DNA from: Zygnema circumcarinatum SAG 698-1b
Lineage: Eukaryota; Plantae; Zygnematophyceae
Length of the DNA: 64,000 nucleotides
Direction of reading: 5' to 3'
NCBI GenBank assembly: GCA_037447605.1
Contig: CM074815.1
Location: forward strand, 992,001-1,056,000
The position numbers and the translations under genes were made by a program. Below are positions 1-11,339 of the stretch, piece by piece. How positions within the stretch are numbered: position 1 is the first letter of the stretch; every line of letters begins with the position of its first letter. The notes under the pieces are model-generated. The model saw only the letters and a program-made list of their open reading frames with translations, had not been told where the DNA came from and made no database searches.

Positions 1-897
1 ATCCAACAGATCATCGATACGTGGTAAAGCAAATCGATTCTTTACGGTGATCTTGTTGAGTGCACGATAATCAATGCACATCCTCAACGAGCCATCTTTT
101 TTCCCAACAAACAAGATGGGCGCCCCAAAGGGGCTCTGACTGGGTTCTATCCAGCCCTTGTCCCGTAAATTAGTCAACTGCTTACGCATCTCTTCGGTTT
201 CTTTCGGACTTAACCGATAGATCGGCCGCCAAGGCGGCTTTTGCTCAGGCTCAAGAGGGATTGTGTGCCCCACTCCTCTAGACGGTGGCAACCCTCTTGG
301 GAGGTCATCAGGGAAAACATCCCTGAACTCATCCAACAAAGGTTGGATTTTGGGTGGAACGGCCGAAAGCACATCCGTAGATGTGATCTGCCATTCCTGA
401 TCTTCGTCATGCACATCCTCAGTGGTTGCCATGACATGCACCATGAACAAGGTGCAACCCTCCTTAACTGCTTTGGCCAATTGCATAGCCGAGCAGAGAT
501 AAGGAGTATCAACCTGCGTGGTAGCAGTGGATGTGGGTTTGCCAGGGTGCAGTGTGATGCGCCTATCACCACTGTGCAGAATGCAGTGTGGGATGGAAAA
601 GTCCAATTGGGCTTTGACCATGGTTAACCAAGCACTCCCTTAAATAACATCGGTACCAGGGGCCAGTTGTGTCAGAAGACACTTCACTGCCCCGGAGTAG
701 GATTGGAGCGTGATCTTGAGTGTGACGATGCCAGAGATCTGGCCCTTGCGTCCATCCCTGAAAGTAACACTTTCTGAATGGGGATCTGTGGTCAACCCAA
801 ATCTCTGGGTGAATGCAGAACTAACAAAGTTAGTATCTGCCCCAGTATCTAGCAGTATAACTGCTGGGTGGCCATTGGCTGACCCTCGGAAGGTCAT
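1..897 (-). mobile_element. Ty3/gypsy (chromovirus family G) pol fragment: aspartic protease to RT N-terminus
   Basis: ORF 640-897 has the protease motif LLDTGADTNFVS; downstream minus-strand sequence encodes [16 protein letters not shown]...[19 protein letters not shown], as in the other G copies; bounded by the gap at 898. Confidence 0.9.
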
Positions 898-1178
898 NNN
901 NNNNNNNTTTCCCAGCCACGTGTACTTACACCTGGCTGTGCTTTTAGCTTGTACTTTTCTGTTAGTTTAGTTGTACCTTTGCGGCTGTGTGCTTCACACC
1001 CGGCCGCCCTTGCTCAGGCTAGTTCCACACTCTTTTGTCGCGTAGCTCTAGCCGCAATGTATATAAAACAGATTAGGACATTGTACACTTTACCACGTTA
1101 ATCACACATCTGTCTTTTTGTGTCAACTCTCTCTGTCCTCACTTTGATCGTACAATGTCCACTCCGTCTTTTTCAATA

Positions 1179-1190
1179 GGTTATGGGCCC
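1179..1190 (+). promoter_or_regulatory. Primer-binding site GGTTATGGGCCC (half-tRNA-iMet type)
   Basis: Abuts the LTR end (TTCAATA at 1178); same motif as the Drosophila copia/hemivirus-type PBS; second copy on the minus strand at 37039-37050. Confidence 0.85.
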
Positions 1191-4100
1191 ACTCATGCCT
1201 CAAATGCGCTTGAAAAATTTGATGGGACAAACTGGCACGACTGGAAGTTTCAGTGCCAGCAGCTTTTTGAGGAAGAGAATCTGTGGTCTGTCGTTACTGG
1301 TCTAGAGACCTGTCCTTTGCCACTTCCCTCCACCGCCGACGCGGCCGCCTTGGCTGCACGCGCGAAGGAGATCGCCGATTGGACAAAACGCGACAAGAAG
1401 GCGTTTCTCCGCATCACACTCGGCATTCAGCGCAGTCTCATCGGACACGTCCGTGACGCCACCAGCTCCCACGACGCTTGGACTCTTCTGACCAATGCGT
1501 ACGAACCTCGGAAGTGGTCTCACAAACTCCGCTCATGGGCGCGTCTCACTAATTGGCGTGAAAAGGAATCCTCCTCAAAACCATGTCGACATATAACAAC
1601 GTACGAAATCCTTTTGCTAGGATGGCTTCTCGCTAAAGATATTTGCGGAAGTTCCAGCGATGCATAGATCATTCAATCTTTTAGGGCGGGCTGCCCTACT
1701 CTTTCCTCGTCCTTCATCTTGTCCATTGATGCTGCCTCGATCTCACTAACTGTCGCTGATCTGACCGACCTTCTTTTGAACGAGGAGGAAAAAGATTCCA
1801 CCCCCTCCAGATCCTCCCACGCGTCCGCGCTTTTCGGATCTGGTCCTCCACCGCCCAAGTCTCCTGGCGCCCTCTTTTGTCGGTATTGCAAGGAATCGTA
1901 CCACGTAAAGGGACAACCGGCCCCGCCTGGCCAATGCGAGGCGCGCTGATTTTGCTGCCTGCCCAGAGCCTTCCGCTGGGCTGGCGCGCGCGCAAGTGCG
2001 CAGGGGCCATCGCTGGGCGCCTCTCGATGGCTCCCTCGCGATCGTGGGTCCCCGGCTGGAATCCTCGTTGCATACCTTACGGGCTACCCTTCCCTCACGC
2101 TCTTGGCCACTGCTCCTTGTCCCACGCTGCCGCCCGGGCCGTGACACCCCCTCTTCATGCCTTGCCGCCCGCTTCCCACTTCTGGTGTCGCTTATGGTGT
2201 GCTTTTTCCTGGGAAGATCCTGGCCCACCCCCTAACCCCCCCAACCCCCTCGACCCACTTGGCTTATTGGACTCGGTGCCTCCCATCACCCAACTTCGCC
2301 GCAGGATCGGTTCTCCCTCGGCTCTCCCTCCCTCTCCCCATGACCATTTCTTAGGGATAACCGCCTTGACTGGCTACTCTACATGCCTGCCTGTGTTTCC
2401 ACTCTAATTGACGGCCAGCGCTTCATCATCGATGACGTCTACCTGGTGGATGGCCTCGCGAAGAATCTGTTTTCAGTAGCCTCCATCCTGATTTTAGGCA
2501 TTTCAGCTCTTTTTAGGCCAGACGGGGTTACTTTCTTCACCCCAGACGCTGTAGTTGGGCACGGCCGCAAAACCGGCCGCTTGTTTTCCCTTACCTCTTT
2601 TGCAGCCTCCCTTGGGCACGCCCATGCTCACACCACTGACCCCCCCCTTACCTTTGCTCGGTGGCACCTCCGCTTTGGCCACCTTGCTGAAAGTAGCCTC
2701 AGAACTCTCGGACAGGGCTTAGTGTTAGGTTTAGACTCTTTCTCTACCGACAAGTTAGACTTTTGTTCAGGCTGTATTCAAGGAAAAATGACAAGATTGC
2801 CTTTTCCCTCAAGCTCCACCCTTGTCTCTGAGCCTCTGGCACTCATTCATTCTGATGTCTGTGGCCCTATGCGTGATGTTAGCCTCGGCGGCGCATCATA
2901 CTTTGTCACTTTCATTGACCAAGCGACTCATTTTTCCCATGTTTTTCCCATCGCTCACAAGTCTGACGTTTTCTCCCGCTTCCAAGAGTTCAAAGCCCGT
3001 GCAGAGACCCTTCTCGGCCGCCGCATCAAGACCCTTCGCACTGATAACGGCGGCGAGTTTATGTCCACCGCCTTCTCCAAATACCTTCGCCTTCACGTAT
3101 CACCCATCGACTCATCAGCCCCTACACCCCCAAAGAAATGACGCCGAGCCGCTTAACCGCACTATTCTATACGGCTCGCCTCTATGCCTATTTTGCCGCA
3201 CTTCCTATGGCTCTCTCGCAGCGTCATCTCCACGCCACTACTCGAACCTTCCCCCACCTTCCCTCACAAGACTTCCACGAGGCCGGCAGGCGCAAGCCTC
3301 CGTCTCCCCACCCTCCCGTGATTTTTACGGGCGCAGGCCTGGTACAAAGACCGTCCAAATAAGTTCTGCAAATAACGCGGGTCGACGCCGCATTTTTCGG
3401 CTACTGCCACGCCGCCCAAGGCCTATCGTGATCTGGTGCTGTGCCACAAATCAATTGTATTTTTCGCCGACGCTGCATTTAGTCGAGGCTCCTCTCGCCG
3501 CGCGGCTCCATTCGCCACCCACCACGCCGTGACACCCTCGGCCACTTCCTCCCCGCCGCATCCCAATCTTGCTCGCATTTTATTCCCAATTTACGTGACC
3601 GCTGGATATCATTCTCCCTCGGGCTGCCGCCTCTCCCCCATTACGCCGCATATTCCTTTGTCCCGCCCCGCCGCCGCCTCTTCCCCTCCCTTCGTGTCCC
3701 CGCCCCTCCGCCGACCCTCCCCGCCCCCTCCCTCGTCCTCGCCGACCCTCCTCTGCCGAGGGAGCTTTTCCACCTCACCCGGAAATGGACGCTGACCCCC
3801 TCCCTCCCAGCCTGTGACCCTCCCCCCTCCCTTTTCTTTTCCCCTTTGCTTCTCCCCTACTAAGTAATTCTACTCCCTCTTCCCTTCACCCGTCAAAGGG
3901 GTCTTCCTCACACCCCGCCTCCGCACTCTCCCTCCGGGTGCCCCCTACTCTGCTCCCCCAGCCACGGGCATCAAGGGACGGGCGCACCATCGGAAAATTA
4001 TCGACACGCCGCCCATGCCCTCCTCTCCTCCGCCATGGCCTTCATCGCCTCCTCGTCTGCCCCCCCTACTTTTGCTGCCGCCCTTCGCACCCCTGACGCA

Positions 4101-5615
4101 GCCCTCTGGAAAGCTGCCGCTGATGCTGAATTCCTCTCCCTTCAGAAAAACAACACCTGGGACCTTGTCCCCCTCCCACCCGGTCGTCGCGCCATCGGCT
4201 CTAAATGGGTATTTAAAATCAAACAAAAATCCGACGGCTCGGTTGACCGCTATAAAGCCCGTTTGTAGCCAAGGGAGTTCTCAGCTTGAAACGCTTCGAC
4301 TTCACGGGAAACTTATGCCCACGTTGGCCAAATTCACCTCCATTCGCGTCCTCCTTGCTCTCTCCGCCACCCACGATTGGGAAATTCACCAGATGGATGT
4401 CAAAACCGCATTCCTCTACGGGGACCTTCAAGAAACGATCTTTATGCGCCAACCCGACGGGTATGTCACTCCCGGCACCGAACACCTCTTCTGCCGCCTC
4501 AACAAATCCATCTACGGCCTCCGGCAAGCACCACGCGTCTGGAACCGCACTTTGGATGCTGTCCTTCTTGCCAGCGGCTTCACTCGCATCGACGCCGATT
4601 TCAGCATCTATCTTCGTGGCCACGGTCAGACCCTCACCATCGCTGCCCGTTTCACGTTGGTAACCTCATTATACGTAGTCCTCCCTTTCCCCATTTAGGG
4701 CGTCAAGCGGCTCCTTCGCCTTATTTTGACGCATGGCCGGACCCTGCGGCCGAACTGCAATGAATTGTCTGGGGATTCCGTCATTGGTCCGGGCTGCCGG
4801 ACCCTTCACCTCGATGAAAGTATGTTTCTAAGTCTCATGACCGTTTGGGATGGCCGCTTGCAACCCCATCTCCACCCCCCTGGACGCCCACATTCACCTT
4901 ACCTCCCTTGTGGCTGGCTCCCCCGACCCCACGGAGCATGCCACTTACCGATCCATCGTGGGATCCCTTATGTATGCAATGTTGTGTACCCGGCCCGACC
5001 TAGCTGCCGCCGTCGGGCAGCTAAGCCAATACCTTCACCGCCCCTCTTCTGCTCACTTCAGCGCTGCCAAGCGTGTCCTTCGTTACCTTCAGGGCACCAA
5101 GGCCCTGAGCCTTACCTTCTCCTCTGGCTCCCCCACCCTCGTTGGCTATTGTGACTCTGACTGGGGCAGTGACCCCGACACAAGGCGTTCGGTTACTGGC
5201 TCGTGTTTTTCTCTGGGCAGTGGCCTTATTTCATGGTCCTCTCGGAAGCAGCCTACAGTGGCCACATCCTCCACTGAAGCAGAGTATATGGCCGCCTCCA
5301 CTGCTGCCAAAGAGGCTGTTTGGCTCCGATCCCTCCTCTCCAACCTCACCTTTCCTCCCCCTCACGCTACCACCGTCTTCACGGACTCTCAAGGTGCCCT
5401 TGCCCTCATGCAAAACCCCGTGCACCATCAACGTACCAAACACATCGACATACAGTTCCACTTCACTCGGGACAAGATCGAAGACGGCACCCTTACCTTC
5501 CTCTACTGTCCTACCGGCAAGCAGACCGCCGATTTTCTTACCAAGGCCTTACATCGGCCAGCTTTTGAGCTTCACCGCTCTTCTGCCGGACTCCACACTT
5601 TCGAATGAGAGGGAG

Positions 5616-5931
5616 TGTTGAGAATCCGACATTCTCAGTTTTGTCGTACTATTTTGTCGTTTTCCCAGCCACGTGTACTTACACCTGGCTGTGCTTTTAG
5701 CTTGTACTTTTCTGTTAGTTTAGTTGTACCTTTGCGGCTGTGTGCTTCACACCCGGCCGCCCTTGCTCAGGCTAGTTCCACACTCTTTTGTCGCGTAGCT
5801 CTAGCCGCAATGTATATAAAACAGATTAGGACATTGTACACTTTACCACGTTAATCACACATCTGTCTTTTTGTGTCAACTCTCTCTGTCCTCACTTTGA
5901 TCGTACAATGTCCACTCCGTCTTTTTCAATA
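5616..5931 (+). repeat. Copia A 3' LTR (316 bp, TGTTG...CAATA)
   Basis: Its 3' part is a direct repeat of 908-1178; related copies at 37051-37370 (minus) and the 3' end at ~47762-47833. Confidence 0.92.
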
Positions 5932-5939
5932 AGAAGGAG

Positions 5940-6450
5940 CAGGGACATTGAAGCCGAACGTGCTGAGTGCAGCACGGACGAAGACGGAGGAGCTGCATGT
6001 GCTACGGACAGCACATGCAACAGCCATAGAATTACCCGCACCACGGATGGGGCGAGTAACTCAAACCTGCGAGGACCTTGGAGGTCGCCCGCATCGGCGG
6101 AGTCACGCGCGCTACCGACAGCACGCGCAGCACCCGCGGATCTGCCCGCGCCATGGGGAGCACGAGCAGCGTCATCAGAACCGCCAGGACCACGGAGAGC
6201 GTTTGCAAAGACGGAACTGCATGCGCTATCGACAGCGCTTGCAATGACCGCATACCTGCCCGCGTCACAGAGGACGCGAGCAGCGCAGCCACGCGTGCTG
6301 AACGCAGCATGCGTGAAGGGGGAGCATCGGCACGCGTTTCGGACAGCGCGTCCCGCGACCGCAAACCTGCAAGCACACGAAAATCGCGAGCAGGAACGGA
6401 CCCTAACCGCTCTGGGGAGCGACCAAGATGATCGCGACGCTGACAGAGGC
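5940..6450 (+). mobile_element. Heavily degraded gypsy-type integrase relic
   Basis: Frameshifted translation resembles RHG..IVSDRDPRF and TELHAL..ALAMTAY.P (cf. LAMSTAYHPQSDGQTE); recognised by eye only. Confidence 0.4.
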
Positions 6451-6599
6451 GCTACACGCAGCGCACCCAGCAGCCATGGACCTGGCCGAGCCGACGACGG
6501 GAGCGGCCATTTCTGAACCGCGAAGGTCCCGGCGGGGGCACGCGAAGGCGAAACCACGCGCCCTACGATTAGCGCGCGCGGCAGACGCGAAATCGATAC

Positions 6600-6740
6600 C
6601 ACGCGCGCGGCGGAAGCGAAGTCGCAAAATTGTACGGACAATTTTCGCGCAAAATCGCCTAAGGACAGCGCGCGCGGCGGAGGCGAAGTTGAAAAGTGTA
6701 CGGATACTTTTTCGCGCGGAAACGGCTAAGGACGACGCCC
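6600..6740. repeat. Two ~66-bp tandem GC-rich units, each with an 8-bp hairpin and ACGG loop
   Basis: AAAATTGT-ACGG-ACAATTTT at 6626-6645 and AAAAGTGT-ACGG-ATACTTTT at 6692-6711. Confidence 0.75.
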
Positions 6741-7080
6741 GCGCCTTTGGACGGCGCGACGGCCCTATACGCCGTGACGTGACAAGTCGAAACGTTTTCG
6801 CGACCCTGGGCGGCACGCGAAACTTCACTGAAGTGACTACGGAGCCAAAATTTCAATGGGGAATCTGCGTCCGTACAGCGGGCTGCTGATTCGTCCAAGG
6901 TTTGGCACCGGCGACTTGGCCACGAGTCGTACAGCGGTCTGGAGACCCTTGCGACGCGAGTCTCGTAAGAGGGGGAAAAGGTTTCCCCTTCACGACGCTC
7001 CCGAAGGACGGGAACTGTCTGCCCCGACTGCGCGGCGGGCAAAGCACACCGTCACCCCTTCACGACCCACGGCGCGATGG

Positions 7081-9408
7081 AGTTCCGCGTGACACGGAGG
7101 TTGGAGCTGGTTCGCAGCGATCTCTGTGGACCGATCACACCGAAGGGAGGAGAGAAGGTACATGATCAACTTCCTTGATCACTACTCAAGGAATTGCTGG
7201 GCTGAGCAGTTGGCGCGAAAGAGCGCGGCATTAGGAACCTTTCCTGCTTGACAGATAGAGGTAGAAAGGACATCCGGCGCAGAAAATTCAGAGATCCAGG
7301 ATGGATAAAGGGGGAGAGGGTAGTGTTGATCCCTCCAGCCCTCTGAATAGTTACAGTCCCTTGGGATTCCAAACGCGTTCACGGCCCCGTATAGCTAGAG
7401 AGGGCACGGCGCAACCGAGAGAGAGAGTGAACCGTTCCCCTGGCGACATGACAAGGTCGAGGCTTAGTAAGTCACCCTTCACCCTTGGGGAGAAGCGATC
7501 CTTACGGCGGCCTACACCCGGAAGAAGATGCCCCTCCAGCGCGCTGAAAGTCTCCAAGGAGGTACCCGAAGAGAAGAGCACCAAGGAGAAGCAGCACGCG
7601 CGGCCTCAAGAGGAGCCGCTCCCGGTCATGAAGGTTCTCCCCTTGAGAGGGGGAGGTCCCGGGAGGTGAGGGTCTGCCCCCACCAGCGTCCACTCCGTTG
7701 GACTCACCAACCCAGCAGCGGCTGAAGCCACTACAGCGCACCGAGACGCTGCAAACGTGGAGAACCGGCTTTCCAGGAGGAACAGCCCACATCGGCATTC
7801 CCCAAGGGGGGGAACAGCCCGAATCGCCATTCCAGGAGGAACAGCGCGATGACGACCTACCCGAAGAAGACTCTGACCATCACGGTTACGATCTTACAGA
7901 GGAGAACGCGGAAGAGGCACCGGCAGCCAGGTACCAACCAGGTGGCTACCTAGGCATGGTCAAGCACCATCCCTTCACGGCACACGCCAAAGGGGTTTTA
8001 CACCCCGCTTCGGCTCCACGCCACCTCCTAGGAACAGGGGGGATACCAGACGGGTATGGGGAGTGAGAACAGCGACCAATGAGACGGCCGACGCATAGGA
8101 GCACGGAGGGGAATTCAAACCGATTACCCCTCAACTCAGCCGACTTCGTGAAGAGGCCGCCTGCCTCACGGCACACTTTGAGGAGCCGCCAACGGACTCC
8201 GACGCACAGGAGGAAGTAGACGCAGCAAAGTAGAGAGGCGGCATCGCCTCATGACTGAACAGCCTGAGGGAGAAGGGTACGCAGCGGGTGGACCCGCTGG
8301 CCCGCGCCGAGAGGCATTCAGCAAACGGGAGGCAGTCCAGAATATCGATCGATATCCCGATATCTCGATATCTCGAAGAGACACGATCTCACAATGGAGT
8401 ACGATTTGAGAGGGGGAGCGGCGGTCCCGTGTACGGACACACGGCTGCAGATTGGAGGAGTGACCCGGATAAACGAGGAGTGACCCGGATACGAGGAATC
8501 ATCCGGATACGGCCAGGTCTTCATCAGGAGACGCGTATCTTCACGCACGCGGCGTCAGCTCATCAATCAAGCTTGCTCCAGAATCACGATCTTCATAAAG
8601 GGGTGAGCGTATCCAGACCCAGCACCACTACGCGCGGGAGCTAGTGGGGGCGGGCAGACTAGCAGATCCTTTCGCAGGGACGAAAGATCTAGCAGCAGTT
8701 AATGAGGGGGACAACGGGCCAATCGCGCGGAGGACAAGTCTCCTCCCAGATCTCGGACCCTATCGAGCCTAGCCCCAAGAGGGGGATTGTTGTACGGCTA
8801 TAGAGACCGTACAACTTATGGGACATAGTCTCTCTATGACATGAAGAACTTGGGCGCGGACGCCAAGCGACAAGGTTGGTCGCGCGGGCGCGGACGCGGG
8901 AAAGTTCTAAGTTAAAGTTCACGGGACCGTGACGTGACGAACCGAACATTTGTTCGGGCGTACGGACGACGGCGACGCGCGACGCGACTAAGGAGCGCGG
9001 AGAGCGAAGTGTGAACGGAGGAGCGACGTGACAAGTTCGCGGACGCGAATCGGAACTGAACTGAACAGTTTCAGTCAGGCGCGCGGAAGGNNNNNNNNNN
9101 GGGAGCAGTGCTTCCCGACTGTGGGTAGTAAGCTGAGGAAGGGTGAGATAGTCAGGGGTAGCCGCAAGCAACGCTTAGTAGAGCGTAGGATAGAGCCAGA
9201 GTCAGGAGTAGAATACTGCCTGCACCTGTTGTATCTTTCATTGTATAAAGAAGAGGTTTTCGGCCGGTGGGCTTTTCTCTTACACTTTGTCTCACAGTTC
9301 TTGCCTGGCTCACGGTAGTCAGCATGGCCGAGACGAATGCGAGTGAAGACACGGCCAGAGGGGGCTCGGTCTACGACCCCTTATCCTCTATGAGTGGTTT
9401 CAGAACCA
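7081..9408 (+). mobile_element. Degenerate Ty1/copia relic (family E): integrase to RNase H, PPT and 3' LTR
   Basis: ELVRSDLCGPITP (7105), ERVNRS, WGEAILTAAY, and RYLEETRSHNGVRFERGSGGPVYGHTAADW (RNase H start); PPT AAGAGGGGGAT 8778-8787 then TGTTG at 8788; most of RT is missing or unrecognisable; gap at 9091-9100. Confidence 0.7.
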
Positions 9409-10932
9409 CTTCAGGGGAAACCAATTCAACAACCGCCAAGTGGCGTTGGGAAAGGTGCGAACTGCCATGTGCTGAGGAGTCAGCACATGCAGCCCAAGGA
9501 CATGGGAGGTGTTTCCCATGACATGCAAAGCATTCATGGCACATTGCATGAGGACATCATCGCCCATGACATTGAGGATAAAGATATGCCAATCACCATT
9601 CATCACTACTTCCATCAACCCAGAAGGAGTCACTACAGTGGCAGGGGAGAGGGAAATGGAAACAGGGAGGGCATCACACACAAAGAGATCGTGCATTCCC
9701 AAAGGTCTGCGAATCAATTTAAGAATGTCCAAGGTTCTAAGAAACAAATGTCCCCTAGTCCTGGCAGCAGCTTCCATTCTTTCCCCTAACCTAGCATGTC
9801 CACCAGCAGCGACCCCTAAACTGCTGGTGGGTTGGGGTTTTCCGGCCCCTTGCCCTTCTTGTCCTTGGCGTTCAGAGGGCAATCCCGGGCCTTATGCCCC
9901 TCCTTCCTACATCGGAAGCACTTATTCTCCCGCTGCATCCGCTCCATCTCTTCTGGAGTCAACTTCTGTGGCCGTGCAGGGGCTGGGCGGGCAGCCGCTT
10001 CCGGCTGCTTCCGCTTATTCTTTCCTGCCATCTTGGCAGGGGCTGAGGGTCCCGCCTTCCACGACCCCGTCACATCTCCCGACCTCTGCTGGGGCCGGGA
10101 AGGGCCTGCATCGCCTGCAGGGGCGGTGTCNNNNNNNNNNGGATCGGCGGAGTCTGCCGGTTCCAACGGCTCCGGTGGCACGGGAGGGGGGGCAGGATTC
10201 TCCGGATGACCTTGATCACCCGTGGGCTCGAGACTGGGCCCCTCCATGGGGACGGCCGCAGTCTCCGAGTTCTCCTCCATCACCTCATCCCGGGGGACGG
10301 GTGGTGGAGGTGGCGGCCCAGAGGGCCCCGGGTCCCCTCCGGCCCGGCGAGTGGTCACCATGACCAACAGGTCCTCCTTGCAGAGGAAGGCCGCAACGCG
10401 GCTCTGATACCAAATGTCACGTCTGAAAACTGCCTCTTCAGCCATAGGCGGAATAACACTCAAACTGCACTCAGCTGAGCAATCAAGAAAAGAGAGAGAG
10501 AGAGAGAGCTTCAGAGTGGGGAGCAGCCCGGAACGGGCATGCAACCGTATGCCGGTACGTTGGTTGGTTGGCGACAGCCAACCTGCCTCCAATATGCGTT
10601 TCCTCGCTTAACCTACCGCCAAAGATGGGAGGGATTGGAAGTGGCTGCCCAAAGGCAAATTCCGCCACGCAGCACCGCCTCTCAATTCTCAATGTCGAGG
10701 AGTGCAACGTATTTAACGCCGCCGCTGCTTCCTACGGGCCAAGGACGCGCGGGCGCCGTATGCCGGTGCACGTCGGATCCTGGCGCCAAGCAATGCTGGG
10801 TTGATCGGGGATACCGTCTCTGCATTCTCAACTGCACCCTAACCGCATCTGACTTAATCGACAGATTCCAAAGGGGATCAGCCGCGCCCGAGATCCAATC
10901 AGCCGATGGGTCCCAGGGTGCCGCATCCTAAC
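9409..10932 (-). mobile_element. Chromovirus family G 5' fragment: LTR, PBS, gag with zinc knuckle, pre-protease domain
   Basis: LTR from 10415; PBS TGGTATCAGAGC as reverse complement at 10401-10412; gag MVTTRRAG...CFRCRKEGHKARDC; -1 frame ORF 9882-9400. Confidence 0.9.
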
Positions 10933-11182
10933 TGCTGATGTATAGGTACATCAAGGTGTTGGTACTTAGTTCCTAGCATGAATGTTGTCCGGACATCAAT
11001 GTGGTGGTATAGGGACAATGTCATGTATGAATGGTCATGTTTGGTGTAGGACCCTAACATAGGGGTGCCCGTATCAATAGGCATGGCACGCAGGTCTAGG
11101 GAAGGTCTAGGGTTTGAATCACGCTTAGGCTTAGACCGCACTAAAGGGGTGCACGGAATGTGAGTAATACGTAACTGAACGA
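10933..11182 (+). repeat. 5' part of family-D LTR
   Basis: Matches the start of the complete copy at 46057 (catgaatgttgtc..gacatcaatgtggtggtatagggacaatgtcatg); ends at the 100-N gap. Confidence 0.8.
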
Positions 11183-11339
11183 NNNNNNNNNNNNNNNNNN
11201 NNNNNNNNNNNNNNNNNNNNNNNNNNNNNNNNNNNNNNNNNNNNNNNNNNNNNNNNNNNNNNNNNNNNNNNNNNNNNNNNNNGGAAGAACGTCTTGTTCT
11301 GAAAGGCTGCGGTAAGGATCATACAAGCTAGCGGTCACG

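Larger units (their letters stand above)
908..5931 (+). mobile_element. Ty1/copia family A element, near full length, frameshifted
   Basis: LTR copies at 908-1178 (gap-truncated) and 5616-5931; gag (KFDGTNWHDWKF, CRYCKESYH), GAG-pre-integrase (WHLRFGH), integrase (IHSDVCGPM, LRTDNGGEF), RT (TWDLVPLPPGRRAIGSKWVFKIK, QMDVKTAFL), RNase H (GYCDSDWGSD, TKHIDIQFHF); purine tract before 5616; ORF broken into several frames. Confidence 0.93.

Noticed and set aside
5908-6516. 202-aa ORF starting MSTPSFSI
   Set aside because: The ATG comes from the copia A 3' LTR and reads into an unrelated degraded relic; a chance fusion.
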